Positions 21,948 through 31,511 of a stretch of DNA of 64,000 nucleotides are shown piece after piece. The DNA is from an uncultured Chloroflexia bacterium (GTDB lineage: Bacteria; Chloroflexota; Limnocylindria; Limnocylindrales; CSP1-4). Within the stretch, counting starts at the first letter, position 1. Each line of letters begins with the position of its first letter. The notes beneath the pieces are model-generated. The model did no database searches. It was given only the letters and a program-made list of their open reading frames with translations, and had not been told where the DNA came from. The position numbers and the translations under genes are program-made. The stretch is taken from contig CAVRTH010000005.1 of assembly GCA_963724095.1 (NCBI GenBank), positions 72,155 through 136,154 on the forward strand. Reading direction: 5' to 3'.

Positions 21948-22970
21948 ATGGGCATCGTACCCGGGTCATCGGCGGGAGAGGGTAGCGGTCACAGCCGCGT
22001 TCCTGAGCCAGGTGCTCTCTCCATCGTCAGCGTCAAGGACCACGAGCTCGTTGCGTCCACCTCGATCGACGACCTCGCCGAACGTCTGCGCGACGAAAGC
22101 GCCAACGTCTGGATCGACCTGACCGATCCCTCGCCCGGGCTCGTAGCCGCGGCCGCGTCTGAGCTGGGCATTCATCCACTAGTCGTGGAGGACATCGTCG
22201 AGACCGATGGCCGGGCCAAGCTCGAGGCTGTCGGTGACGTCCTCCATATCGTCTTGTTCGCCCTGACCCGCAGCGATGAGATCAGGCTCCACGAGGTCGA
22301 TTTCGTCCTTGGTCAGAGATCCTTGTTGACTACCCATTCGCGCATGTGGAATCCACGCGCGTCGCACCAGCTCCGAGTTGGCCTGGGTTCCATCCTGAAC
22401 CGGGGGCCCGACGCGCTCCTTTGGGCGCTGGCCGACGCCATCGTCGACGGGTACTTCCCCATCTTCGACCGGCTGGCCGATGAGATCGATGACCTCGAGG
22501 ACACCATCCTCGAGCGCCCCGATCGGGAGTCGCTTCAGAAGGTGCTGGTGATGAAGCGAGAGCTCATCAAGATCCGCCACGTCGTGGCGCCTGGCCGGGA
22601 GGTCTTCAACCAGCTCACAAGCCGTCAGCACGAGTTGATCGGGGAACCCCAGGTCCTCTACTTCCGCGACATCTACGATCACCTCATCCGCTTGACCGAC
22701 GAGTTCGACAGCTTCCGTGAGTTGACGGCGGCGACGATCGAGCTCTATCTCTCTACCGTCAACAACAACCTCACCGTCATCATGAAACGGTTGACGGGCG
22801 CGACCGTCGTGCTGGCGGGGATCGCTGCGGTCGCCGGTCTGTTCGGGATGAGCGAAGCATCGGCTGCATTCGACGGTCACGAAGGCCTGGGCTTCTGGGT
22901 CATCACCATCGTCACCATCCTGGCTGCCGGAGCGGTGCTCGCCCTCCTGCGCCGCATCGGTTGGGTCTGA
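21948..22970 (+). CDS. corA: CorA-family divalent-cation transporter (GMN motif reads GMS)
   Basis: Cytoplasmic domain plus two C-terminal TMs. ...VLAGIAAVAGLFGMSEASAAF...GFWVITIVTILAAGAVLALL. Confidence 0.8.
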   Translation: MGIVPGSSAGEGSGHSRVPEPGALSIVSVKDHELVASTSIDDLAERLRDESANVWIDLTDPSPGLVAAAASELGIHPLVVEDIVETDGRAKLEAVGDVLHIVLFALTRSDEIRLHEVDFVLGQRSLLTTHSRMWNPRASHQLRVGLGSILNRGPDALLWALADAIVDGYFPIFDRLADEIDDLEDTILERPDRESLQKVLVMKRELIKIRHVVAPGREVFNQLTSRQHELIGEPQVLYFRDIYDHLIRLTDEFDSFRELTAATIELYLSTVNNNLTVIMKRLTGATVVLAGIAAVAGLFGMSEASAAFDGHEGLGFWVITIVTILAAGAVLALLRRIGWV

Positions 22971-23033
22971 ACACGCCGACCCGTCAGCGGGCTATCGCGA
23001 GCATGTGCGGTCGTCGGGTACAGCAGCGTAGCT

Positions 23034-23864
23034 TCAGCGCGGATCGCGGTATCGGTCCATGCCTTCGGTCCAGATCACGCGGTCGCTGGCGGTGATCACG
23101 CAGCCCTCGTAGTCAGAAAGCGAGGCGATCCATCGGGCGGCATCGTCGCCCATCGAGAAGGCCGCCGTGGCATAGGCATCGGCAAGCGCCAGCTGGGGGC
23201 CTACGACCGTGACGCTCAAGATCAAATCGAGCGCTGCCGACCCGCGCGGGTCGATGATGTGGTCGCCCCGTTCATAGGCGCCTGAGGTCGCGACGGCCAT
23301 ATCGGTCCCGCTGACGACGGTCGCGATCGCGTCGCTCCGTCGCGGGTGCTGGATGCCGATGCGCCAGGGCTTCCCCGGGCTGGGGTTCCCACGTACCAGG
23401 ATGTCACCGCCGGCGTTGATGGACCAGTCACTGATCCCGGCCGCGTCGAGGAGCGATGCGGCGCGGTCGACCGACCAGCCTTTGACCAAGCCGCTGGGGT
23501 CGAGCAGGCCGTCGGGGCGATGCTTGCGGATGTCGAAGGCACCCCCGCTACGCACCCACACCGCCTCGCAGGCATCGATCACCTCGCGGATGTCGGGGTG
23601 CGCGTCGGACTCCGGGAGCTCGCCCCGCGCCACCCGGCTCATCTCGCTGTCCGGTCGGTACAAGCTGAACCGGGCGTCGACCTCGCGGAACCAGTCGAAG
23701 ACATCATCGAGCAGCGGCTCGCGCCCGCCACCCTCCGCCAACTCCGCCCTGATGACCGTACCCATGATGTGCTCGACCCGAACGACACGGCCGGCCACGG
23801 CAGGGCCGGCTGAGGCCGACCCTGGCCGTGGGGCCGTGTCCCGGGCTCGGGCTAGTGGCTTCAC
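23034..23864 (-). CDS. apbE: FAD:protein FMN transferase
   Basis: ApbE-like pattern: MGTVIRAEL..., DPSGLVKGWSVDRA, INAGGDI, ATSGAYERG, ADAYATAAF. The GTG start overlaps the upstream stop (GTGA). Confidence 0.85.
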   Translation of the reverse strand: MKPLARARDTAPRPGSASAGPAVAGRVVRVEHIMGTVIRAELAEGGGREPLLDDVFDWFREVDARFSLYRPDSEMSRVARGELPESDAHPDIREVIDACEAVWVRSGGAFDIRKHRPDGLLDPSGLVKGWSVDRAASLLDAAGISDWSINAGGDILVRGNPSPGKPWRIGIQHPRRSDAIATVVSGTDMAVATSGAYERGDHIIDPRGSAALDLILSVTVVGPQLALADAYATAAFSMGDDAARWIASLSDYEGCVITASDRVIWTEGMDRYRDPR

Positions 23865-24514
23865 GCTGGCGCGTTCACCGACGCGACGGCCTGGTCGAGC
23901 GCGGATTGCAGCGACATCGCATACCCCTTGCTCGTGTACGTGGCACCAGAGATGAGGTTGATATCGGCACTTTGCGCTTGCAGGGCCTCGTCACGAAGCA
24001 TGGGCTCCACGACCTGGCTGATACGGGCCGAGTAGGAACGATCGTAGGGGAGTTGGAGGGCTTGGACATCGGTGATGCCATCGGGGCCGATGGTCACCTC
24101 GACCTGCACCGATCCGTATGGCGTCCGAACGGTCTGGCCGGGGACGACGAGCGAGGCAGGCGGCTCCGTCGCCGGTGGCTCCGACGGCGGTGGCTCTGAC
24201 GGCGGCGCGGTCGAGGGCGGCTCCGTGGTCGCTGGGGAGGCGGTCGGTTGGCCTTGGGCCTGTGGCGTCGCCGCAGCCATGCTACTGGCCGTGAGGCCGC
24301 TTCCGAGACCTGACGTCGTCGTGGTCCGGGGCTCGTCAGTCGCGGGCATGACGGCAGCCGTGAAGCTGTCGAGCGGGCCGCTGGCGAACATGTCCGCGGG
24401 TGTCTTGAAGCTGAACAGCAGGGCCGTTGCGGTGGCGGTGAGTACGAGTGCCGCCAGGCCACGCCGAGGGACTCGGCCCGGCGTCCGGGGGCTAGAAGGC
24501 GAAACGTTCGGCAT
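23861..24514 (-). CDS. Membrane-anchored FMN-binding domain protein (predicted ApbE substrate)
   Basis: N-terminal TM, Pro/Thr/Glu-rich linker, and a C-terminal FMN_bind-like domain with DINLISGATYTS (the Dxx-S/T-GAT flavinylation motif). Confidence 0.8.
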   Translation of the reverse strand: MPNVSPSSPRTPGRVPRRGLAALVLTATATALLFSFKTPADMFASGPLDSFTAAVMPATDEPRTTTTSGLGSGLTASSMAAATPQAQGQPTASPATTEPPSTAPPSEPPPSEPPATEPPASLVVPGQTVRTPYGSVQVEVTIGPDGITDVQALQLPYDRSYSARISQVVEPMLRDEALQAQSADINLISGATYTSKGYAMSLQSALDQAVASVNAPA

Positions 24515-25883
24515 GGACTTGGTCTCCTCGTAGGCCGAGCTTCCTCAGGCTGCTGTGTACGACGCTGATGAACCCGTCCGATCCGCTGACGAAGACGTCG
24601 CGAGCGGCCACGTCGGGGACGATACGGGCGATGGACTCGGGCGAAAGCGGCTCGCCCTGCATGTGGGGATCGCTGCGACGACCCACCAGGTAGATCACGC
24701 GCACGCGCCGGGCTGTCGCGATGGCGTCGAGTTCGCCCCGGAAGGCGACGTCCCCCCAGGATGAGGCGCGGTAGATGAGCACGATATCGCCGTGGTCGTG
24801 GGGAAGCTCGTCGAGCATCGCGCGCAGCGGCGTGATGCCGATCCCCCCGGCCACGAAGAGTGCCGACGGGCGCGTGAGGCGATCCGCGGTGAAGGCCCCG
24901 TAAGGTCCCTCGGCGAAGACCCGCACGCCCGGGCGTAGCTGGAGTGCCAGATGGGAGTCGATGCCCTGACCCTTGATGGTGATCCGCAGGTAGCGTCCGT
25001 CGGGCATGGCCGAGAGGGAGTATGGATGCGCTCGCCACCAGCCGCCCCCGGTGAGGAAGCGCCACTGGAAGAACTGGCCGGCACGAGCGTGCAGGGCCTC
25101 GAGGTCGTGGCCGCCGATGTAGATGGACACCGTTCCCACGGTCTCGGGCACGACGTGGGCCACGAACAGGCGATGGCGCAGGTTCAGTGCGATGGGGCTT
25201 CCCACGCGGAAGACCAGGATGAGGCCGAAGGCGAAGGCATACAGGGCCAGCCAGTAAGCCGAGGCGACGGGGTCGGCGAGGAAGTCAGTGCCCACGAACA
25301 GCGCGTGGAGGAACGCCAGGGCGATGCCGATGTAGGCGTACAGGTGCAGGCCATACCAGGTCTCGTAGGAAAGCCGGTTGCGTGCCCAGCGCATGGAACT
25401 CAGGCCCACCGCCACGAAGGCCACGAAGCCGACCGCCGCCATGAGGACGTACGCCGAGTTCAGGAGCAGGGACACGAACTCATCGATCACGCCGACCCCC
25501 GCCGTCGCTCCCCAGCCGATGGTGGTGAAGACGATGTGGCCGCTGATGAGCCACAGGCAGGCGAAACCGACCCAGCGGTGCCAGCCGATGAGGCGGTCCG
25601 TCCCGACCGTGTGCTCGAGCCAGGGCGTCCGTGAGAGCAGGATCAGCTCCAGGAGTGCCGCAAAGGTCCCCCACAACGCCGTCAACTGACCGGCCGCGGT
25701 GGCCATCCCGGCAACGGTCCCCATCTGCTCGAGCCCGCCGTGGCGGAGCCACATGGCGCCGATCAGGATGACGTTGCCGGCCACCACGAAGAGCACGTCG
25801 GTCGGACCGATCGACCAGGTCGTGCGCGATGAAGCGTGGCGAACCCCGGACATCAAGCGGGTCGTCCCCTGCGCCACGTTCAC
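24492..25883 (-). CDS. Ferric-reductase-like transmembrane protein fused to an FAD/NAD(P)-binding oxidoreductase domain (NOX-like)
   Basis: Six predicted TMs with conserved His, HPYSLS (FAD) and VAGGIGITPLRAM (NAD). The GTG start overlaps the htrA stop (GTGA 25880-25883). Confidence 0.85.
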   Translation of the reverse strand: MNVAQGTTRLMSGVRHASSRTTWSIGPTDVLFVVAGNVILIGAMWLRHGGLEQMGTVAGMATAAGQLTALWGTFAALLELILLSRTPWLEHTVGTDRLIGWHRWVGFACLWLISGHIVFTTIGWGATAGVGVIDEFVSLLLNSAYVLMAAVGFVAFVAVGLSSMRWARNRLSYETWYGLHLYAYIGIALAFLHALFVGTDFLADPVASAYWLALYAFAFGLILVFRVGSPIALNLRHRLFVAHVVPETVGTVSIYIGGHDLEALHARAGQFFQWRFLTGGGWWRAHPYSLSAMPDGRYLRITIKGQGIDSHLALQLRPGVRVFAEGPYGAFTADRLTRPSALFVAGGIGITPLRAMLDELPHDHGDIVLIYRASSWGDVAFRGELDAIATARRVRVIYLVGRRSDPHMQGEPLSPESIARIVPDVAARDVFVSGSDGFISVVHSSLRKLGLRGDQVHAERFAF

Positions 25884-27130
25884 TGCACGAGATCGGCCGG
25901 GCGAATCCCGAGGGACACTTCCCGCTGCAGTGTTCGGCCACCCCGCTGGACCGTCAGGTCCACCGTGTCACCGGGCTCATGCTCGAGCAGGGATACATCA
26001 AGTTGATGGGTGGCATCGATGGGCTGACCATCGATCTGGGTGAGGATATCGCCATCCTTGAGGCCAGCGACGTCCGCTGGTCCGTTGGCGATCACACCCG
26101 GCTGTCCCTGCTGCGCGTCTCCGCGGATGAGGACGCCGCTGTCGACGGCAAGGCCCTCGTCCTGGGCCAGCTGTGCATCGATCTCGGTGAAGAAGATGCC
26201 GATGTACGGACGCTGGATCGGGCGACCGGACAGGACCTGCTTGACGATCGGCTTGGCCAGGTTGATCGGGATGGCGAACCCGATCCCCTGAGACCCACCT
26301 GCGATGGCCGTGTTGATGGCGATCACGCTGCCGTCGCCGGCGAGCAGGGGACCACCGGAGTTCCCGGGATTGATCGCGGCGTCGTGTTGGATGAGGTGTC
26401 GCAATGATTCCGCCGGCTGGCTGCCGGTCGCGTCGCTCACCATGATCTCGCGCTCCAGGGCACTGACGATGCCGGCGGTAACGCTACCGGGCAGGTCGCC
26501 CTCCGGATTTCCGATGGCGACAGCCAGTTCGCCCACTTCGACCTTGGACGAATCGCCGAGCGTCGCGGCCGGCAGGTCGGTGGCATCGATGCTGAGGAGA
26601 GCCAGGTCGGTCAGGGTGTCGATGCCTTCGACGGTTCCCTTGAAGTCTCGGCCGTCCGGCAGGTAGACGGTCAACGACCCGCCATTCCCGACCACGTGCC
26701 GGTTGGTCAGGATCAAGCCGCTGGGATCGACGATGACGCCGGAGCCGGCACCCTGGAACGTGTAGCCGGCGACTCCCGAGCCCGTTTCGCCATTTATCAC
26801 GATGGCCACCACGGCGGGTCCCACCTGCTTGGCGATCTGGCTGACCTCGTTCGTGGCGTCCAGCGCGATGGCGCTCACGGTGGTGCCGGAGGCAAGGGCC
26901 GGTGCTCGCTGGGTCGTGTTGGCAGGAGCGATCGCGGCAGGGCTGAGGGCCCCAGCTGTCACGGCGCCCCCCGCCAGTGCGGAGGCGATGGCAAGCGCAA
27001 GGGCCGTGGTCACTCGGACCCGGCGTGGCGGATGCCGTCTTGGAGCGCCGTGGCCTGTGCCGGTGGGGGGATCGACGTTGATCGCGGCAGAGTGACTGGC
27101 GCGGTACTCGGTCGTCGGTTGGATCGTCAT
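25880..27130 (-). CDS. htrA: HtrA/DegP-family serine protease with a C-terminal PDZ domain
   Basis: LTNRHVV (His), DLALL (Asp), INPGNSGGPLL (Ser), followed by a PDZ-like segment. Confidence 0.9.
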   Translation of the reverse strand: MTIQPTTEYRASHSAAINVDPPTGTGHGAPRRHPPRRVRVTTALALAIASALAGGAVTAGALSPAAIAPANTTQRAPALASGTTVSAIALDATNEVSQIAKQVGPAVVAIVINGETGSGVAGYTFQGAGSGVIVDPSGLILTNRHVVGNGGSLTVYLPDGRDFKGTVEGIDTLTDLALLSIDATDLPAATLGDSSKVEVGELAVAIGNPEGDLPGSVTAGIVSALEREIMVSDATGSQPAESLRHLIQHDAAINPGNSGGPLLAGDGSVIAINTAIAGGSQGIGFAIPINLAKPIVKQVLSGRPIQRPYIGIFFTEIDAQLAQDEGLAVDSGVLIRGDAQQGQPGVIANGPADVAGLKDGDILTQIDGQPIDATHQLDVSLLEHEPGDTVDLTVQRGGRTLQREVSLGIRPADLVQ

Positions 27131-27251
27131 TCGAGAAGAGCCTCATCCTGGATTCGTCGTGTCCCGGGACAGGTAGGCCCCGGCCCTGGCTTGATCAGCG
27201 ATCACGCCAGCGTGCGAGTGTTGTATCGAAACCAGATGAGAAAGCCATGAG

Positions 27252-27289
27252 AACCGCGCCGGCCTCGTCAGGCGAACCGAGGTGCGGTT
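27252..27289 (-). terminator. Imperfect hairpin between the kinase gene and htrA (possible terminator/attenuator)
   Basis: aaccgcgccggcctcg ... cgaggtgcggtt forms a stem with one bulge, with a weak T-rich tail on the - strand. Confidence 0.3.
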
Positions 27290-27303
27290 GTCCTCTTGTC
27301 AGG

Positions 27304-28746
27304 TCAGGACTGGTCGGAGTCCACGCTTGGGGGCCGGGCTCCATCTCCATAGTCAGCTGTCGGCGGCGAGTCCGAGTGCGAGAGGCAGGGTATGACGACG
27401 CTGAAGCGCGCCCCGCCCTCTTCCCGGTTGGAGACGCTGATGCGACCACCGTGCCGCGTCACGATGTTCTCCGCGATGGCCAGCCCGAGCCCTGCGCCGT
27501 CTCGTTGCTGGCCGCGACCCCGCCAGAACCTGTCGAAGACGTGAGGCAGGTCCTGTGGTCGGATGCCGGGGCCTTGGTCATCGACGATGAGCGATGCATC
27601 GTTGCCTTGCTCGCGAACGCGTACGCTGACCACCGTGTCTGCCGGGCTGTGGCGGACGCTGTTGTCGGTGAGGATGGTGACCAGCTGGCGGAGTCGGACG
27701 CGATCACCACTGACCATCACCGGTTCGGGGTCGATGGCGATGGTCACGCCACGCTGGGCGGCCGGCCCGGACATCGCCGCCGCGGCACTCGCTGCCACGT
27801 CGCCAAGCTCGACCGGCTCGAAGTTCAGGTCGAGGGCACCCGACTCGGCGCGCGCCAGGAGCAACAGGTCGTCGACCAGCCCGGTGAGGTGCGCCACCTC
27901 TGCCTCGATGTCGTCGAGCGCTTCACCGACCGTGGCGACCGGCTGGTCGGCATGCAGTCTGAGGTCGTCGACACTGGCGAGGATGATGGTCAGCGGCGTG
28001 CGCAGCTCGTGACTGGCATCGGCTGCGAAGTCGCGTTGTCGGCGCAGGGCACGTCGCTGGGCGGTCAGCGATTCACGGATGGGGATGAGCGCCCAGCGTG
28101 AATACAGCGCGCCGGCGACCAGGGCCACCAGCACGGCGAATAGGCCGCCCACGATGATGATCTCCCGCAGGAGGTCGAGGGTTCCTTCTTCGGCCACGCG
28201 GTCCTCGACGACCTGGATCGCGCTGATGGGCACGCGCCCCCGGGAAGTGCCCGCAACGCTGCCGGCCACGGGCAGGCTGAGCACGCGGAACGGGACGTCA
28301 TCCTCGACGACCTTCTTTACATCTCGTCCAGCCGCCATCGCGGCGGCCACCGAATCGGCGTCGGGCAAGCTCGCCGGTCCATCGAACGGCGGCCGGAAGA
28401 CCTGGCCGTCGGACGCGATGAGGTAGGCGAACGTGCCGGAGCTGGCCCCACCCATGACCAGCTGTAGTGGGGGCATGTCATCGAGGTCCGTCGGTCCGTC
28501 GGGGATGACCTGGGACAGCCGTGCTTCCAGTCGCGCCACGCTCGCTGCCTCGAGCTGGCGGTCCACGACGGTGTAGAGGGCCGTGCCCAGCACCAGCAGG
28601 ATCAGCAGCGTGATCCCTCCGCTCCAGGCGACCAGGCGCCAGCGAACACGCTTGAGGAGAACGGCTTCGCGTGCCATCGACTCACGCTCGGACTGGTCGG
28701 GTTCAGGTCCGGACCGTGGGTCGCTCTGGGGCAAGCTACTCGTCAT
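27304..28746 (-). CDS. Two-component sensor histidine kinase (MprB/CssS-like)
   Basis: Two TMs flank a periplasmic-type loop. H-box FAADASHELRTPLTII; G-box GAGLGLAIAENIVTRHGG. Confidence 0.9.
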   Translation of the reverse strand: MTSSLPQSDPRSGPEPDQSERESMAREAVLLKRVRWRLVAWSGGITLLILLVLGTALYTVVDRQLEAASVARLEARLSQVIPDGPTDLDDMPPLQLVMGGASSGTFAYLIASDGQVFRPPFDGPASLPDADSVAAAMAAGRDVKKVVEDDVPFRVLSLPVAGSVAGTSRGRVPISAIQVVEDRVAEEGTLDLLREIIIVGGLFAVLVALVAGALYSRWALIPIRESLTAQRRALRRQRDFAADASHELRTPLTIILASVDDLRLHADQPVATVGEALDDIEAEVAHLTGLVDDLLLLARAESGALDLNFEPVELGDVAASAAAAMSGPAAQRGVTIAIDPEPVMVSGDRVRLRQLVTILTDNSVRHSPADTVVSVRVREQGNDASLIVDDQGPGIRPQDLPHVFDRFWRGRGQQRDGAGLGLAIAENIVTRHGGRISVSNREEGGARFSVVIPCLSHSDSPPTADYGDGARPPSVDSDQS

Positions 28747-29413
28747 CGAGTCGGTATCCGTATCCGCGAACCGTCACCAACAGCGGCGCCGCATCTCCCA
28801 GCTTCTCGCGCAGGTAGTGCACGTAGGCGTCGACCGCATTGGGCGTGACCGCAGCTCCATAGGGCCAGGCATGATCCAGCAGTTGATTCCGGCTGAGCGT
28901 CTGGCCCGGGTGCCGCAGGAAGCACTCCAGAAGGGCGTATTCGCGGGGGCTCAGGTCGACCCGGCGATCAGCCACGGACACCTGGTGTGACGCCTCGTCC
29001 ATGCCGATGGGTCCGTAGCTCAAGACCGTCTCGGGCCGGGGTGGCCCAGCGGCGTTTCGGCGTCCCATGGCACGCACCCGCGCGGCCAGCTCGGCGAAGG
29101 CGAAGGGCTTGACGAGGTAGTCGTCGGCACCGGTATCGAGACCAGCCACTCGGTCGGCCACCGTGTCACGGGCTGTCAGCATGAGGATGGCGATGGGGAG
29201 TCGCCTGGCTCGGATGGCCCGGGCAACGTCCAGGCCACTCATGTCAGGCAGGCCGATATCGAGGATGACCACGTCGATGCCGCTGCCCATCTCGGCAAGC
29301 TCCAGCGCCTCCCGGCCATCAGCGGCAACCTCCACCACGTGCAACTGCTCCTCGAAGAGTCGCTTGAGCAATTGGCGCAGGCGGTCATCGTCTTCGACCA
29401 GGAGCAGATGCAT
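28736..29413 (-). CDS. OmpR-family response regulator (MprA-like)
   Basis: MHLLLVEDDDRL...ILMLTARD...DDYLVKPF plus an intact winged-helix C-terminus ...VTVRGYGYRL. Confidence 0.9.
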   Translation of the reverse strand: MHLLLVEDDDRLRQLLKRLFEEQLHVVEVAADGREALELAEMGSGIDVVILDIGLPDMSGLDVARAIRARRLPIAILMLTARDTVADRVAGLDTGADDYLVKPFAFAELAARVRAMGRRNAAGPPRPETVLSYGPIGMDEASHQVSVADRRVDLSPREYALLECFLRHPGQTLSRNQLLDHAWPYGAAVTPNAVDAYVHYLREKLGDAAPLLVTVRGYGYRLDDE

Positions 29414-29706
29414 GGCCGGCAGCCTAGCGCGGCTGGCTGAGAAGCCGATGAGAGGACCAGCGTCGTCGGCTCATCGGCCCTGGCCGCTTTCAAAGGACCG
29501 GCGCGGATGGGAACCACGCCCGAGCACCAACAGCGACGCGAGCAGGAACGCCAGCCCGGGCCGGATGCCGCTCATCGTGCGTTCAGGTCTGTGTGCGTGT
29601 GACCTATCCCTGCCCTCGGCGCTCGTCTGCCCTGCGGTCGCGGCAGGACTACCGTAAGGGCGGCGATGGGTAGCAGGTGCCCTTCGCATGCCTTCCTGTC
29701 GAGCCC

Positions 29707-30369
29707 TTACTGGTCACTCGAACTCCACGACCCGACCCCCGAATTCCGTCCGGCGTCCGGATATTCCTCCTCGTGCTTGATGCCGACCTCTGACAAACCG
29801 AGGGCGTCAGCCGCGGCGTCGGTGAGGAAGAGGTACGGGCGGAAGCCGATGCGCGTTCGAACGGTGTTCTTGAGCAAACGGTGTGCGATCGTCACTGCCG
29901 GGCCCAGCAGCTCGCTGCCAGACCCCACCGACTGGCGGACGGTGTGACCCCGATGGAGGATCACCTTGAGGTCGAGATCGGAGACAGCCGGACAGGCTGT
30001 GCAGATGTGATCGATCGATCCTCGTGCCCGCGCGCGACCTTCGATGAATGCGTGGTACATCGCCCCGAGCTTCATGAGCACATGCTCACCTTGGCCATCC
30101 AGACTGGCCGCCGGCGCGACGGCGAAGACGGCATCGCCCTCGAGTTTGACGAGGGAGAAGTCTGGTGCCACGCCCTCGGTGATGGCGTCCAGAAGGGCAC
30201 CCAGCACGGAGTAGGCAGCCGGGATGCCGGCACTGAAATCGACACCGTGCATCTGCTCGACGCCAGCCATGAAGCCCGTGTAGCCGGAGATGTCGGCGAG
30301 CAGGAGGTACCGCTCGCCAGCCGGCGCTTCTGCTGCCGGGGCCGACCCGACTCCCTCTGTTCGCTCCAC
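29707..30369 (-). CDS. DUF2652-like protein (nucleotide-cyclase-like fold)
   Basis: YLLLADISGYTGFMA...VKLEGDAVFAVAP...LGPAVTIAHRLLKN pattern. Confidence 0.6.
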   Translation of the reverse strand: MERTEGVGSAPAAEAPAGERYLLLADISGYTGFMAGVEQMHGVDFSAGIPAAYSVLGALLDAITEGVAPDFSLVKLEGDAVFAVAPAASLDGQGEHVLMKLGAMYHAFIEGRARARGSIDHICTACPAVSDLDLKVILHRGHTVRQSVGSGSELLGPAVTIAHRLLKNTVRTRIGFRPYLFLTDAAADALGLSEVGIKHEEEYPDAGRNSGVGSWSSSDQ

Positions 30370-30590
30370 ATTTTCTCCTATCCCCAGACCGCTAACGCGG
30401 GCGTGTTCTCAGTCGGGAGCATGGTAGTCGGGCCTGCCGTCGCCGGGAAGTCCGACTCGTTGATGCCGTCGTGGTCGTGATACCATGGTGGTTCGCCCGT
30501 TACCGTGGCGATGCTCCGCGTGGTCGACCCCTCTTCTCGAACGGACCCTGCGCCTGCCCTCCCTGTTCGGGAAGCGCCAAGGAGGTCCCC

Positions 30591-30794
30591 ATGACCACCG
30601 GTACCATCAAGAAGATCGTCGCCGAGCGCGGCTTCGGCTTCATCACCGCGGAGGATACGAAGGAATACTTCTTCCACCGCAACTCACTCGATTCCTCGCT
30701 TGACTTCGACCGCCTCGTCGGCGGCGAGCGCGTCATGTTCGAGATCGAGGCGAGCCCCAAGGGCCCGCGCGCCGATCAGGTGCGCGCAGCCTGA
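30591..30794 (+). CDS. Cold-shock domain protein
   Basis: SD aggagg. MTTGTIKKIVAERGFGFITAED (RNP1 GFGFI). 67 aa, with a long upstream untranslated region. Confidence 0.85.
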   Translation: MTTGTIKKIVAERGFGFITAEDTKEYFFHRNSLDSSLDFDRLVGGERVMFEIEASPKGPRADQVRAA

Positions 30795-30802
30795 CGCCAC
30801 CG

Positions 30803-30832
30803 GGATAGCCCGTTGACCTATGGGCTATCCCC
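30803..30832 (+). terminator. Perfect 10-bp stem hairpin after the cold-shock gene
   Basis: gggatagccc-N10-gggctatccc. No strong U-tract. Confidence 0.45.
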
Positions 30833-31511
30833 GTTGCACCCGGCGGGCGTTCCATGCGCATCAACTCGACCCAGACCCACGCCGCAGCAGCGGCCTGCCC
30901 CGTCGCGTCCGTTGGACCGAGGGCTACGAGCGACGCTCAGTGGCGCCCGGGACACGGAGACGCCGGCGAGCCCGTGCTCTCGTCCGGGCGACAGCTGGGC
31001 TTGGCCGCACGGTGAACCCCGGCCGGAGAGAAAGCCGAGAGGAGACTGTCCCCGGACCCGCGACGACGGACGAGTCGAGGCCTTCGCTACTCCGTCTCGT
31101 GGGCCCGAGCGGAGCGCTCGACGTATGGCTCGGAGCAGGAGACGATCACTCGGCTCTTGAGGCCGATGTCCGTGACGTGAGCGATGGGGGTATCAGGGCT
31201 CTCCCGGCCCTGGCGATGGCTCTCGGCGATGTTGCCAGCAGGCACAAGCTCGAGGTGCGGGTCATCCCCAGGATGAACCCTGCCGGGCCCAGTGTGCTCG
31301 TCCTCTTCGGCAGCCGGACGTACCGCGCCAAGTAGGAAGTCGGGCACGAATCCAGCTCTCCCCAAAGAGCGCTCAGCGGGCCTGCGCGTCGACTGATACG
31401 CCCCCCACATCCGGCGGCGATGACGGCACCGATGAACGCTTCGCGGTCACGGGGTTCGACATCCACTTGGTGGTCGTGGGCGCGTCCGGTCGTGCCCGGC
31501 TCGAGCGTCGA

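Noticed and set aside
24174-24203. A tandem 15-bp repeat (ggtggctccgacggc / ggtggctctgacggc) and nearby similar units, considered as a possible repeat array.
   Set aside because: It lies inside the FMN-binding protein gene and encodes the Pro/Ser/Glu-rich linker (PPSEPPPSEPPATEPP). It is only about 2 units with no spacers, so it is not CRISPR-like.
29471-29689. A small ORF encoding a signal-peptide-like MSGIRPGLAFLLASLLVLG upstream of the MprA-like regulator.
   Set aside because: It has no SD and is very short, and the reading depends on an assumed frameshift. The evidence is insufficient.
31087-31410. A small - strand ORF (107 aa; the tail ...IAHVTDIGLKSRVIVSCSEPYVERSARAHETE has coding-like third-position G/C), and the overlapping + strand ORF 30820..31335.
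   Set aside because: There is no SD or start context and no recognisable family. Both strands give comparable ORFs. A gene is possible but not supportable.
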